The notes beneath the pieces are model-generated. The model saw nothing but the letters and a program-made list of their open reading frames with translations. It made no database searches and had not been told where the DNA came from. Below are positions 6,267 through 14,477 of a stretch of DNA of 24,000 nt, in pieces (position 1 is the stretch's first letter; every line of letters begins with the position of its first letter). Position numbers and translations under genes: made by a program. Source of the stretch: Candidatus Kaiserbacteria bacterium (GTDB lineage: Bacteria > Patescibacteriota > Minisyncoccia > Phycocordibacterales > UBA2100); assembly GCA_016217935.1 (NCBI GenBank), contig JACRFJ010000001.1, positions 1 to 24,000 on the forward strand, written 5' to 3'.

Positions 6267-8798
6267 CTATTCGACGGCAATTCTCCATTGACCTGAAGCG
6301 AGCAACTGCTCAGCTTTTTTGTACTTCATTTCCCGTACTTCGGACCCGTTGGTGATCTTTACTTTGTCATTTCTTCCAAAATGAGTCACCTTCGAGATCT
6401 TATTGACAATTGTTATTGATCGTGTCGCATCATGAATTGTACGCACCTGAGGCGCGTGCACCTCACTTTGACCAAGATTTTTGATTGCTGCCGCCACTTG
6501 AGCGCGATATGTCTCTTCCATGTTTTGAAAGAGCTGTAAACCTTCTTTTTTATATTCAACCAATGGATCGCGTTGTCCATACGCGCGCAGATTCACAGAA
6601 CTGCGTAAATATTCCATTGCTTCGAGATGCTCGACCCAGAGATAATCTACTCCCTGCAAAAGTAGCCGACGAACAGTTGAGTAGAACGAGTCGCCAAGTT
6701 TTTCTTTTTTCTCTTGCAACATAATTTCGAAACCCGCATCATCGATCGCAATCTGGCTGAGCTCATCATCGATATCGCTTTGAGAACCAGTGAGGAGCGA
6801 GCGCCGGCGCGCATAGATACTCTGTCGCTGCACATTGAGTACATCGTCATACGCGAGCACATGTTTTCGCGCGTCGAAATTGATCTCTTCGATTCTCGTC
6901 TGTGCTTTCTCGAGTGAGCGTGTGATCATCGGATTATAGATCGGTTCGTCCTCCGGGATCTTGAACGTACCCATCACTCGCTTGATAACATCAGAAGCAA
7001 ATATGCGCATGAGCGAATCTTCGAGCGAGACAAAAAACTGTGTCTCCCCCGGATCCCCCTGTCGTCCTGATCGACCGCGTAGCTGATTATCAATGCGCCT
7101 CGCTTCATGTCGTTCGGTCCCGAGAACAAAAAGTCCACCGAGGCCTTTGACCTCTTCGTACATCTGATCACTCCCCGGATTGCCGCCAAGCTTGATGTCG
7201 ACGCCGCGTCCAGCCATGTTGGTCGCGATCGTCACCGCAGAGCGTCGGCCAGCTTGCGCGATGACCTCTCCTTCGCGCTCGTGGTTCTTTGCATTCAGAA
7301 CCTCGTGTGGTATTCCCGCTTGCTTGAAATGTATCGAGAGAAGTTCGTTTTTCTCAACAGAAACAGTGCCTACAAGGACCGGTTGACCTTTCTCGTGCAG
7401 TTCCTTGACCTTCTTCGCCATTGCGCGCATTTTTCCGCTTTCGCTCTGGAAGATGAGGTCGTCATGATCGAGGCGTTTAGATGCTTTATTCGTTGGCACA
7501 CTCACCGTATTCAGACCATATACTTTATAGAACTCTTCTGAAGAGGTTGCTGCGGTTCCCGTCATTCCGGCAAGCTTTTCATAAAGTCGGAAGTAGTTCT
7601 GGAACGTGATTGAGGCAAAGGTACGTGACTCTTGCTGAATTGATACACCCTCCTTGGCTTCGATTGCCTGATGCAATCCTTCACTCCATCGCCGTCCCGG
7701 TTGTAACCTTCCCGTAAATTCATCAACAATCACGACCTGGCCGTCGCGAACGACGTATGCCTTATCTCGCTCGAATAGTGCCTTGGCTCGTACCGCAGTT
7801 TCGAGATGGTGGACCATTTTGATACCCGCATCGGTGTACATGTTCTCTATACCAAGAATCTTCTCCGCCTTCTCTATCCCTTGATCGGTGAGCGCAATCT
7901 GCTTGTGTTTCTCGTCTACGGTATAGTCTTCTTCAGGGACGAGGTTGCGTGCGATTGTTGAAAAGCGTTCGTAGAGAGACTCAGCGTCACTTACGGGAGC
8001 TGAGATGATCAGGGGTGTTCGCGCTTCGTCGATGAGGATCGAGTCTATTTCGTCGACAATCGCGAAATGGTATCCGCCTTTTTCCTGCAGTCGCTGTCGC
8101 AGATTCTGAGGTTCATATTCGAGGTTATCGCGCAGATAATCAAAACCGAATTCGTTGTTCGTACCATATGTAATGTCCGCTGCGTATGCCTCACGCCGCG
8201 AACACGGCCGCAAATAATCGTGCATCACCTTGAAGCTGCCCACACTGTCGCGCTCCGCATCTTCTTCAGCCCTCGACTCCGATGGCACATGGCTCGGATC
8301 GTAGATAAATGAACTCTCGTGATTGATGACACCAACTGAGATTCCGAGTGCGTTATAGACCTGTCCCATCCACACCGCATCACGCCGTGAGAGATAGTCG
8401 TTTACGGTGACCACATGCACCCCTTTTCCAGTGAGCGCGTTGAGGTATGCCGGGAGCGTTGCGACAAGGGTTTTTCCCTCCCCGGTGCGCATCTCAGCAA
8501 TGCCACCCTGATGCAAAACCATGCCGCCGATGATTTGTACGTCAAAATGTCGCTGACCGAGCGTGCGGCGTGCCGCTTCGCGCGCAAGCGCAAATGCCTC
8601 AGGTGCCAGCTCGTCGAGCGCTACTCCTGCCGCATGTTTCTCCTTCAAAGCAGCTGTCTTCGCTTTCAGAGCCTGATCGGAGAGTGCCTGAGTGTCGGTC
8701 TCAAGCGCACTCACGAGTGCGACCATTGGCTCGGCACGCTTCAGCGCCGTGGCATTTTCATCCCCAAACAAACGTTTTAGGAAGGACATCGTGGCCAT
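6267..8798 (-). CDS. secA: Preprotein translocase ATPase SecA
   Basis: 843 aa. Contains FLKRLFGD, HFDVQIIGGMVLHQGGIAEMRTGEGKTLVATLPAYLNAL (Walker A), VTVNDYLSRRD, DEIDSILIDEARTPLIIS, GMTGTA, ATNMAGRGVDIKLGGN and LRGRSGRQGDPG. The start may be M1 (8798) or M4 (8789). Confidence 0.97.
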   Translation of the reverse strand: MATMSFLKRLFGDENATALKRAEPMVALVSALETDTQALSDQALKAKTAALKEKHAAGVALDELAPEAFALAREAARRTLGQRHFDVQIIGGMVLHQGGIAEMRTGEGKTLVATLPAYLNALTGKGVHVVTVNDYLSRRDAVWMGQVYNALGISVGVINHESSFIYDPSHVPSESRAEEDAERDSVGSFKVMHDYLRPCSRREAYAADITYGTNNEFGFDYLRDNLEYEPQNLRQRLQEKGGYHFAIVDEIDSILIDEARTPLIISAPVSDAESLYERFSTIARNLVPEEDYTVDEKHKQIALTDQGIEKAEKILGIENMYTDAGIKMVHHLETAVRAKALFERDKAYVVRDGQVVIVDEFTGRLQPGRRWSEGLHQAIEAKEGVSIQQESRTFASITFQNYFRLYEKLAGMTGTAATSSEEFYKVYGLNTVSVPTNKASKRLDHDDLIFQSESGKMRAMAKKVKELHEKGQPVLVGTVSVEKNELLSIHFKQAGIPHEVLNAKNHEREGEVIAQAGRRSAVTIATNMAGRGVDIKLGGNPGSDQMYEEVKGLGGLFVLGTERHEARRIDNQLRGRSGRQGDPGETQFFVSLEDSLMRIFASDVIKRVMGTFKIPEDEPIYNPMITRSLEKAQTRIEEINFDARKHVLAYDDVLNVQRQSIYARRRSLLTGSQSDIDDELSQIAIDDAGFEIMLQEKKEKLGDSFYSTVRRLLLQGVDYLWVEHLEAMEYLRSSVNLRAYGQRDPLVEYKKEGLQLFQNMEETYRAQVAAAIKNLGQSEVHAPQVRTIHDATRSITIVNKISKVTHFGRNDKVKITNGSEVREMKYKKAEQLLASGQWRIAVE

Positions 8799-8842
8799 CG
8801 TACATCAAAATACATCTCCGCGCGATTCTGATTTTGATTGGA

Positions 8843-8878
8843 TATGAAAAGCAAAACGACCACGTCTGAGGTGGTCGT
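8843..8878 (-). terminator. Intrinsic terminator downstream of the Lys-rich mini-ORF
   Basis: Minus strand reads ACGACCAC-CTCAGAC-GTGGTCGT (8-bp perfect stem, 8856-8878), followed by TTTGCTTTTCATATC. It lies 12 nt after the mini-ORF stop. Confidence 0.6.
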
Positions 8879-8890
8879 CTCGCGGAAACA

Positions 8891-8941
8891 TTATCGGCGC
8901 TTCTTTTTCTTTGCCTTCTTGGCCTTCTTTTTCTTTGCCAT
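8891..8941 (-). CDS. Candidate 16-aa Lys/Arg-rich micropeptide MAKKKKAKKAKKKKRR
   Basis: ATG 8941-8939, TAA 8893-8891. A dedicated hairpin plus U-tract terminator follows directly. No SD is present, but most genes here lack one. It is too short for any statistical coding support. Confidence 0.3.
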   Translation of the reverse strand: MAKKKKAKKAKKKKRR

Positions 8942-9180
8942 AGTTTTATGAGTCTTGTTTGTATTAAACTCGACCTCGCTTCGCGCGCGAAACGCTACAG
9001 CGTTTTATTCATTATTGCACTCAAGCGTCGATACATTATGTAATGCACGCGTATGTGTGGATAACTTTCGTTGCACCAAAAAATATTTTTTATATGAAAA
9101 TATATTCACGGAATATTTTACTGTTCTTCCCTCAAAACTTTAACATCAAAATGCAATGCGTCTTATTTGCAATGTGGATG

Positions 9181-9434
9181 ACAGACTCTGCGGTGGCCGC
9201 TCTTGTCAAAGCCACTCACAGTGCTACCCTTTTGTGAGAAGACTCTCAGGGAGGAGGGCGGCGGCACTCACATAAGACTTTCACTTTTTGGAGCTCGCAC
9301 CCGTCCTCCTCCCTGCGAGGCTTGCATAGGAGGCAAGAGACTTTATAATCCTCTATGAGTGCCACACAATGTGTGGTTCCAAAGAAAGTCGCCGAAGCAC
9401 CTCCCGCAAGGGAGGTGTTCGGTTTTGTACGTTT
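9181..9434 (+). ncRNA. Candidate structured RNA of unknown class (strand tentative)
   Basis: Lies in a 655-bp spacer with no plausible ORF. A 15-bp helix pairs CAGGGAGGAGGGCGG (9247-9261) with CCGTCCTCCTCCCTG (9301-9315); it includes one G-T pair that is G-U only on the plus strand. Hairpins: CTCACA..TGTGAG (about 9215-9238), CTTGC..GCAAG (about 9322-9338) and CCACAC-AAT-GTGTGG (9362-9376). GGCACTCA (9265-9272) is complementary to TGAGTGCC (9356-9363). AGACTYT occurs four times. A GNRA-capped hairpin with a T-rich tail closes the 3' end. No match to any RNA family motif I know. Confidence 0.25.
9396..9434 (+). terminator. Terminator-like hairpin (better on plus strand; could act bidirectionally for the 9453..11714 gene)
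   Basis: CACCTCCC-GCAA-GGGAGGTG (9398-9417) is followed on the plus strand by TTCGGTTTTGTACGTTT. On the minus strand the tail CTTCGGCGACTTTCTTT is poorer. Confidence 0.45.
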
Positions 9435-9452
9435 CCCGAGCGAAGCGTAAGC

Positions 9453-11714
9453 TCATTGAACCTGCGCGCTTCCTGATCGAATTTGACCAATCAGTTCGTC
9501 AGCCTGCGTCTTCACCTCAGGGTGTGCACGCTTCGCAGCTTCGAGCGCTTCTATCGCACGCGCCTTGTCACCTGATTGATAGTAGAGCGCTGCGAGGGTG
9601 AAGTACGGCTGCACATCTTGCGGATTCGTCGCAACGAGCGCTTGCCAGATTTTTGCTACTTTGTCGTAGCGTTTCCTGTCGATGTACGCTGCAAGAGTTC
9701 TCGGGTCTGCCGCTTCTCCCGTTGCAATATACGGTTCAAGCAATGCATCTGATTTTGTAAAATCGCCCGCACGAATCAAAACCGCTGCATAGTATATTGT
9801 CGGTTCCAAGAATTGCGGAGCAAGTTCATGCGCTTCTTTAAACGCATTCAATGCGCTGGCGAGATCACCGCGCCGCAGCGCGTTTTGGCCTATCTCAAAG
9901 AATATTCGCTGCTTCCGGGGAGAAAGCTTTAACGCTTGAGTAAAGGCGTCGTTTGCAGCAGCATTGTTTCCATACGCTTCGTACACGACACCGAGAAAGA
10001 GCGGGAATCGTGCGTCGAGCGGAGAAGCCTTCGCTTGGAGTTGCAGCTCGCTCGTTGCTACGTCATAGAATTGCTGCTTTGTGGTATTGGGAATCGAAAG
10101 TGATGCTGCTTGCGTGGCGGCTTGTGCGAGTTGTTCGCGCGCCTCTTGCGAACCATAGGTGCCATAGCTGATCGATCTTTTAAACGCCGCGAGCGTTTTC
10201 GACGCATCTCCCTGTGTGTTGAGAGCGGCGATAATTGCGCGATTGGCAACAAGCGCTTGCGCGTTCACTGTCCATGCAACACCCCACAAGAGTATTGCCG
10301 CCCCAACAGTTATGTATGGCAGAGCACTCACTGGAAACAAGAACCTCTCGCCGAAAAGTATCGACGCTTTCGAATGCTTCGACGTACGGAATATTACGTA
10401 CCCGAGTATCGTGCCGAAAAGTATATAGCTCGTGACGTTGTCGAACACAAAGAAATTGTGGCAGAAGTAGGCGGCAAGCAAGCCGGTGAGTAGAGACCGT
10501 TCGGGAATGGAGAAGGCGTGAACTTCGTTTACAGAACGGTGCCACAGGAGCCAGAGCGTCGCAAGAAAAATTGAGAGATAGGAGAGGAGACCAAGGAATC
10601 CGCCGGCCACAAGCCAATCAAATACGATATTGTGAACGCGATCAAACCACGGCTCCTGCGCATACATGCGTGGATCGTAGTACTTGTCGAAAACGATCGC
10701 GTAGTTTTCTTGCCCCCAGCCAAGAATGGGGCGCTCCTTGACCCCCTCCCATGCGATCGACCAGTTGATGAATCGAGCCTTGACCGTCGGGTCCGAGGTT
10801 GAGATTGTCGCAAGTCGCTCGAGGAATCCAATTTTCTTGACCCACGCTTGGTCGCGTGCCGTCCAAAATGCTCCTGCGAGAAATACGATCACAACAACAG
10901 TTGCAAATGCAAATCGCCATACCACGCGTGAGTTTCTCGCGAGAATCACGAGAATCAGCGCAGAGAGTAGGGCGCCACCGAAGAGTCCGATCATAGTTCC
11001 TCGAGTGCCGGTAAAGAGGAGCGCGAGCGTATCGATTACAATGATTGATCCGTATGCAAGCGAGGGAGCGAGCCGCGAGCCGCGAGCACGTTCCATCCAC
11101 GACTGTGACCACATGATCGCAGCGATAAAAATGTGGAAGAGCATGTATGCCGCAAGGTAGATCGGATTGCCGAAGGTTGCATCGATGCGCGCCGAGAGGC
11201 CCGCGGCACCACCTTGCCCGAGCGTAGAGAGCCCGACCACCTGAAGAAAACCGTAGAGCGCAAGATATACAGAGACACCGAGTGAAACCCAGAGGAGCCA
11301 CCGCCACAGTTTCTCGGTATTCATCATCGATGCTGCGATGACCACGTATACAAACAGGTGTGCGAGCGTCACCCATCCGTCCATGCGCTCATAGTTACTC
11401 CAGAAACTTTTCATTGGGTACGCACCAAATAAATCGGCGAGCGCGATAACGAAAAGGAAGACTGCGAGCGCGAGGAGTGCCCACGAGCGTCGAGGCCGGT
11501 AATCGGACCGCACGAATGAAAGGGCGAGATACGCAGCTGTAATGATCTCGACGATAAGACGGAACGCAAAGTTCTTTCCTGTTATAAAGGGAAAAAAGAG
11601 AGATTCTGATACAAATATTGCAACAAACGGGAGAAGAAAAATGCCGCCAAGCACTACGTACCGTAGAGTCTTTTCAAGCACCATGGGAACTATGCTAGCA
11701 CTGGTCGTTGTCAC
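9453..11714 (-). CDS. Polytopic Wzy_C (O-antigen ligase/polymerase-like) membrane protein with C-terminal TPR repeats
   Basis: 753 aa with about 12 hydrophobic spans. Wzy_C-type loop motif FDRVHNIVFDWLVAGGFLGLL. The C-terminal roughly 230 aa form repeated TPR-like helices (AAANDAFTQALKLSPR, ASALNAFKEAHELAPQ, DKARAIEALEAAKRAHPE). The track start at 11714 is GTG; ATG at 11684 (MVLEKTL) is an alternative. Confidence 0.85.
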   Translation of the reverse strand: MTTTSASIVPMVLEKTLRYVVLGGIFLLPFVAIFVSESLFFPFITGKNFAFRLIVEIITAAYLALSFVRSDYRPRRSWALLALAVFLFVIALADLFGAYPMKSFWSNYERMDGWVTLAHLFVYVVIAASMMNTEKLWRWLLWVSLGVSVYLALYGFLQVVGLSTLGQGGAAGLSARIDATFGNPIYLAAYMLFHIFIAAIMWSQSWMERARGSRLAPSLAYGSIIVIDTLALLFTGTRGTMIGLFGGALLSALILVILARNSRVVWRFAFATVVVIVFLAGAFWTARDQAWVKKIGFLERLATISTSDPTVKARFINWSIAWEGVKERPILGWGQENYAIVFDKYYDPRMYAQEPWFDRVHNIVFDWLVAGGFLGLLSYLSIFLATLWLLWHRSVNEVHAFSIPERSLLTGLLAAYFCHNFFVFDNVTSYILFGTILGYVIFRTSKHSKASILFGERFLFPVSALPYITVGAAILLWGVAWTVNAQALVANRAIIAALNTQGDASKTLAAFKRSISYGTYGSQEAREQLAQAATQAASLSIPNTTKQQFYDVATSELQLQAKASPLDARFPLFLGVVYEAYGNNAAANDAFTQALKLSPRKQRIFFEIGQNALRRGDLASALNAFKEAHELAPQFLEPTIYYAAVLIRAGDFTKSDALLEPYIATGEAADPRTLAAYIDRKRYDKVAKIWQALVATNPQDVQPYFTLAALYYQSGDKARAIEALEAAKRAHPEVKTQADELIGQIRSGSAQVQ

Positions 11715-11724
11715 GCGCTAGAGC

Positions 11725-13284
11725 CTATTTTCGACTTTCGTGGTACTCATCTTCGGTATTCACCGCCCACATATTCTCTTTATCGTTCCTGCCTGCAATG
11801 ATGTTGTCGACGGCCGTCATGGCAGCGAGCATCGAGTGATCTTGATTGTTGTATCGATGCATCCCATTTCTCCCAACCGGATATAGATTCTCAAACCGAT
11901 CCAGGTATCCACGTATTTCGGCGAATCGATTGTATGTGCCGAAATATCCGGGATACGCTTTTGGCTGTCGTATGACAGTACCGTCGATCACTTCTTCCGA
12001 TGATCCGAGCCGAATCTGCTCGATCTCGCGCCTGGCGAGCTCGACGAGCTCTCTATCCGACATGTTCCAAAGCGAATCTCCTTCATTGCAGAAATATTCC
12101 ATACCGATCCAGCCACGTCCCTCCTCTGCAACAAGCAGCGGGTTCCAGTTGTGAAAGAACTGCACACGCCCCACGTGCACGCCTGGTTCATGCACATAAA
12201 TCCACGTGTCGGTGATCGACTCTCCACCTCGTTCGCGTGGCTCTGACTTCAGCAAAAGACCGACGGTAAGAAAATCCCGATATTCAAGTCCGTCGACGAC
12301 TGTGCGCACGGTTTCTGGAAGTTTCGGCTGCATCATACGTGCGAGCGATCGAATATCAGTGGTTGAAAACACAAAATCCGGCTGCCACGATCGCTCCCCT
12401 CCACCTCCGCGTGCATGCACATTCGTGATCTGCCTGTCGGTATGGTCGACACCAATGACATCAATCCCCATATGTATCTCACCACCGAGTTCGCGCACTT
12501 TCTGAGCGACAACTTCCCACATCTGTCCAGGACCGTATGCAGGATATAAAAACTGCTCAATGAGCGAGGTCTCGACTCCTTTACCTGCAAGCGGGCCGGA
12601 GCGTAGTACTTTACGTGCCGCATGCTGCAGAGCTTTTATGATCGAGAGGCCCTTCACGCGTTGCGCTCCCCATTCGGCGCTGAGCTCCGTGCACGGTACA
12701 CCCCACACTTTTTCTGTATACGATTTGAAGAATGTTTTGTAGAGCTCAGTGCCAAACCGGTTGATGAAAAAGTCTTCGAGAGTTTTCTCCGGCCTGATCG
12801 GGAAGAGCGCAGCGTAGAGGTACGTAAAACCGATCTTCACCACTTTCCACATTCCGAGTTTACGGAGCGTGTCGAGGGAGAGCTCGACCGGATATGCGAA
12901 AAATTGTCCCCCGTATAGAATCCGTGTCTTACGAGGACGTACCTGCATCACGTTGTTGCCGTCGCGATCAGTTGCGCGTGGAAGTCCCTCCGTGAGCGCA
13001 CGCACGGTGCACTGATACGTGATTTCGACATTCTCTCCTTCAGGAATTTGTACTGGCAAGATATTCCCCCACCACCGCATGACACGATCCGATTTGGAGA
13101 AAAATCTATGTCCACCGATATCGATGCGGTTCCCCTTGTAGCGAACTGTGCGTGAAATACCGCCGACGTATTCAGGATCGCGCTCGAGCACGATCGGCTT
13201 GATCTCAGTTCGCATGAGCAATTCGTATGCAGCAGTGAGCCCGGCGGGGCCCGCACCGATGATAAGAGCGATCTTTTGCGACAT
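11725..13284 (-). CDS. FAD/NAD(P)-binding flavoprotein, UDP-galactopyranose-mutase-like / amine-oxidase superfamily
   Basis: 519 aa. N-terminal Rossmann motif [18 protein letters not shown]...[39 protein letters not shown] and the C-terminal [27 protein letters not shown] resemble my recollection of eukaryote-type UGM (FKVWAVP...; [29 protein letters not shown]). Confidence 0.8.
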   Translation of the reverse strand: MSQKIALIIGAGPAGLTAAYELLMRTEIKPIVLERDPEYVGGISRTVRYKGNRIDIGGHRFFSKSDRVMRWWGNILPVQIPEGENVEITYQCTVRALTEGLPRATDRDGNNVMQVRPRKTRILYGGQFFAYPVELSLDTLRKLGMWKVVKIGFTYLYAALFPIRPEKTLEDFFINRFGTELYKTFFKSYTEKVWGVPCTELSAEWGAQRVKGLSIIKALQHAARKVLRSGPLAGKGVETSLIEQFLYPAYGPGQMWEVVAQKVRELGGEIHMGIDVIGVDHTDRQITNVHARGGGGERSWQPDFVFSTTDIRSLARMMQPKLPETVRTVVDGLEYRDFLTVGLLLKSEPRERGGESITDTWIYVHEPGVHVGRVQFFHNWNPLLVAEEGRGWIGMEYFCNEGDSLWNMSDRELVELARREIEQIRLGSSEEVIDGTVIRQPKAYPGYFGTYNRFAEIRGYLDRFENLYPVGRNGMHRYNNQDHSMLAAMTAVDNIIAGRNDKENMWAVNTEDEYHESRK

Positions 13285-13292
13285 GGTAGCGC

Positions 13293-13298
13293 ATCATA
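13293..13298 (-). promoter_or_regulatory. -10-like hexamer TATGAT 8 nt upstream of the ATG at 13284 (possible leaderless or short-leader transcript)
   Basis: Minus strand reads TTCTTTTTTTAATGCACGATGCTATGATgcgctaccATG. It lies directly after a strong terminator, so this gene needs its own promoter. No SD is present. Confidence 0.3.
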
Positions 13299-13308
13299 GC
13301 ATCGTGCA

Positions 13309-13344
13309 TTAAAAAAAGAACGGTCCCGTTTCATGGCGGGACCG
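13309..13344 (-). terminator. Strong intrinsic terminator overlapping the stop codon of the 13331..13978 gene
   Basis: Minus strand reads CGGTCCCG-CCATGAAA-CGGGACCG (8-bp perfect GC-rich stem, 13321-13344; the TGA stop is in the loop), followed by TTCTTTTTTTAAT. Confidence 0.75.
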
Positions 13345-13978
13345 CAGCTCGGGGATGCTGGACGAGCGAAATAAGTGGTACGCGATCTGCTGCTTCTTCT
13401 CGTAGCGTGCGCTCGACGCGGTTCTTGTCGAACGGGTTGCCGATGAGCGGAAATGTTGTGATTCCGAGCGGATCGATTGTCGCGAGTCCAAGGGCAAGAA
13501 ATTGCTTCATCCGCTCAGCAAATGCGACTGGCGCGTCAACCGGAACGAATCTGCATCTGATACCGAGCGCATAACAGATGAGCTGAAGGCGCGGCATCCA
13601 TTCACGCACCACGATCACGTCGAGCTCATAGCCTCCGTTGCAGCAACGGAGATACTCGCGAATGAGAATTGCTTCCTCCACGAGATCGCGTGGCGGCATG
13701 TAATTGAGCAACTTCGGCTCGTCACGCGGAAGAACGAGGGCATTCTCCTCTCGATCGACTTCGCAGAGCCGGTTGTACATGACGATGCCGATCGTGATCT
13801 CGCAGGGCATGCCGCGTTGATCCCAGCCTCCGACGAAGATGAGTCGATCGTAGTGTGGAACTCGGTCGATCACCGCCACACATATCGCCTTGGCGAGCGG
13901 TCCCAATTCAGCGCGTTGCGCTGTGAAATTCCAACGCATCGGGTACCCCAGTACCGCAAGAGCCCTTTTCTGAGCCAT
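13331..13978 (-). CDS. Hypothetical protein, possibly DUF218/YdcF-like
   Basis: 215/216 aa. A perfect SD GAGGAGG (13990-13984) lies 5 nt before the second ATG (13978). It shows weak layout similarity to DUF218 (RLIFVGGW..., EEAILIREYL, DVIVVREWMPRLQLI). Hand-counted GC on sampled lines is about 53-62 percent, somewhat above the neighbours. Confidence 0.65.
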   Translation of the reverse strand: MAQKRALAVLGYPMRWNFTAQRAELGPLAKAICVAVIDRVPHYDRLIFVGGWDQRGMPCEITIGIVMYNRLCEVDREENALVLPRDEPKLLNYMPPRDLVEEAILIREYLRCCNGGYELDVIVVREWMPRLQLICYALGIRCRFVPVDAPVAFAERMKQFLALGLATIDPLGITTFPLIGNPFDKNRVERTLREEAADRVPLISLVQHPRAAVPP

Positions 13979-14033
13979 CATCGCCTCCTCTGTGGTCCGG
14001 CGACACTATGCGCGAGCTTTCAGGCAAGGTCAA

Positions 14034-14477
14034 CTATGCAAATAGAAGAAATTTTCGTGCAAAGAAATTCCAAGAGAAAACGACGACGACACTCGCGAGT
14101 TTTGAAACGAGGTAATAAAAACCAAAGAGCGACGTGAAGAGCCAGAGCATGATTTCGTTGATACCGAGACCGATAGCACCGATAAGACAAAAGATGAGAA
14201 ATTCAGCCGAGGGACTTCTCACCGCACGATGCTCGAATACCCAGATTATACTCAGAACGTATACCGAGGTTAGGCCCACCAGAAACGAAATCGCGCCAGA
14301 GATGAGATATGGAACGTTGAATACACTCGTGAGCAGCCACAAAAGTCCCGTATCGAGGATGAGCGCAGCCCCCGAAGCGACGAAGTAGCGGATGAACTCA
14401 TGGAAGGTGTTCGAACCGAGAGCCTCGACAGAGGGCGTTGTTGCAGCTTCAGGTGAGGTGACGATGTCGGCGCTCAT
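14034..14477 (-). CDS. GtrA-family membrane protein (polyprenyl-phosphate-sugar translocation family)
   Basis: The track ORF 14034..14705 is trimmed to ATG 14477 (MSADIVTSPE...). Four hydrophobic helices with GtrA-like FIRYFVASGAALILDTGLLWLL ... VVVFSWNFFARKFLLF. It overlaps the upstream gene end (14449) by 29 nt. The start is uncertain (alternative ATG at 14498). Confidence 0.8.
   Translation of the reverse strand: MSADIVTSPEAATTPSVEALGSNTFHEFIRYFVASGAALILDTGLLWLLTSVFNVPYLISGAISFLVGLTSVYVLSIIWVFEHRAVRSPSAEFLIFCLIGAIGLGINEIMLWLFTSLFGFYYLVSKLASVVVVFSWNFFARKFLLFA

Noticed and set aside
9181-9434. Known RNA families (SRP/4.5S, RNase P, tmRNA, 6S, tRNA) as the identity of the structured spacer
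   Set aside because: I found no GGAAGCAGC/GNAR SRP domain IV motif, no GAGGAAAGUCC...ACAGAA RNase P P4 pair (only a loose GAAAGTCG), no tRNA-like 3' end or tag ORF for tmRNA, and no T-loop. It is kept only as an unclassified candidate.
9043-9601. Plus-strand ORFs 9043..9237 and 9359..9601, and a 31-codon ORF from ATG 9355
   Set aside because: They are low-complexity or AT-rich, or they read through the terminator hairpin and into the antisense of the Wzy_C gene. There are no translation signals.
10642-11376. Minus-strand 244-aa ORF and other alternative-frame ORFs inside 9453..11714
   Set aside because: They are out of frame with the 753-aa Wzy_C/TPR ORF, which has a coherent TM and TPR architecture.
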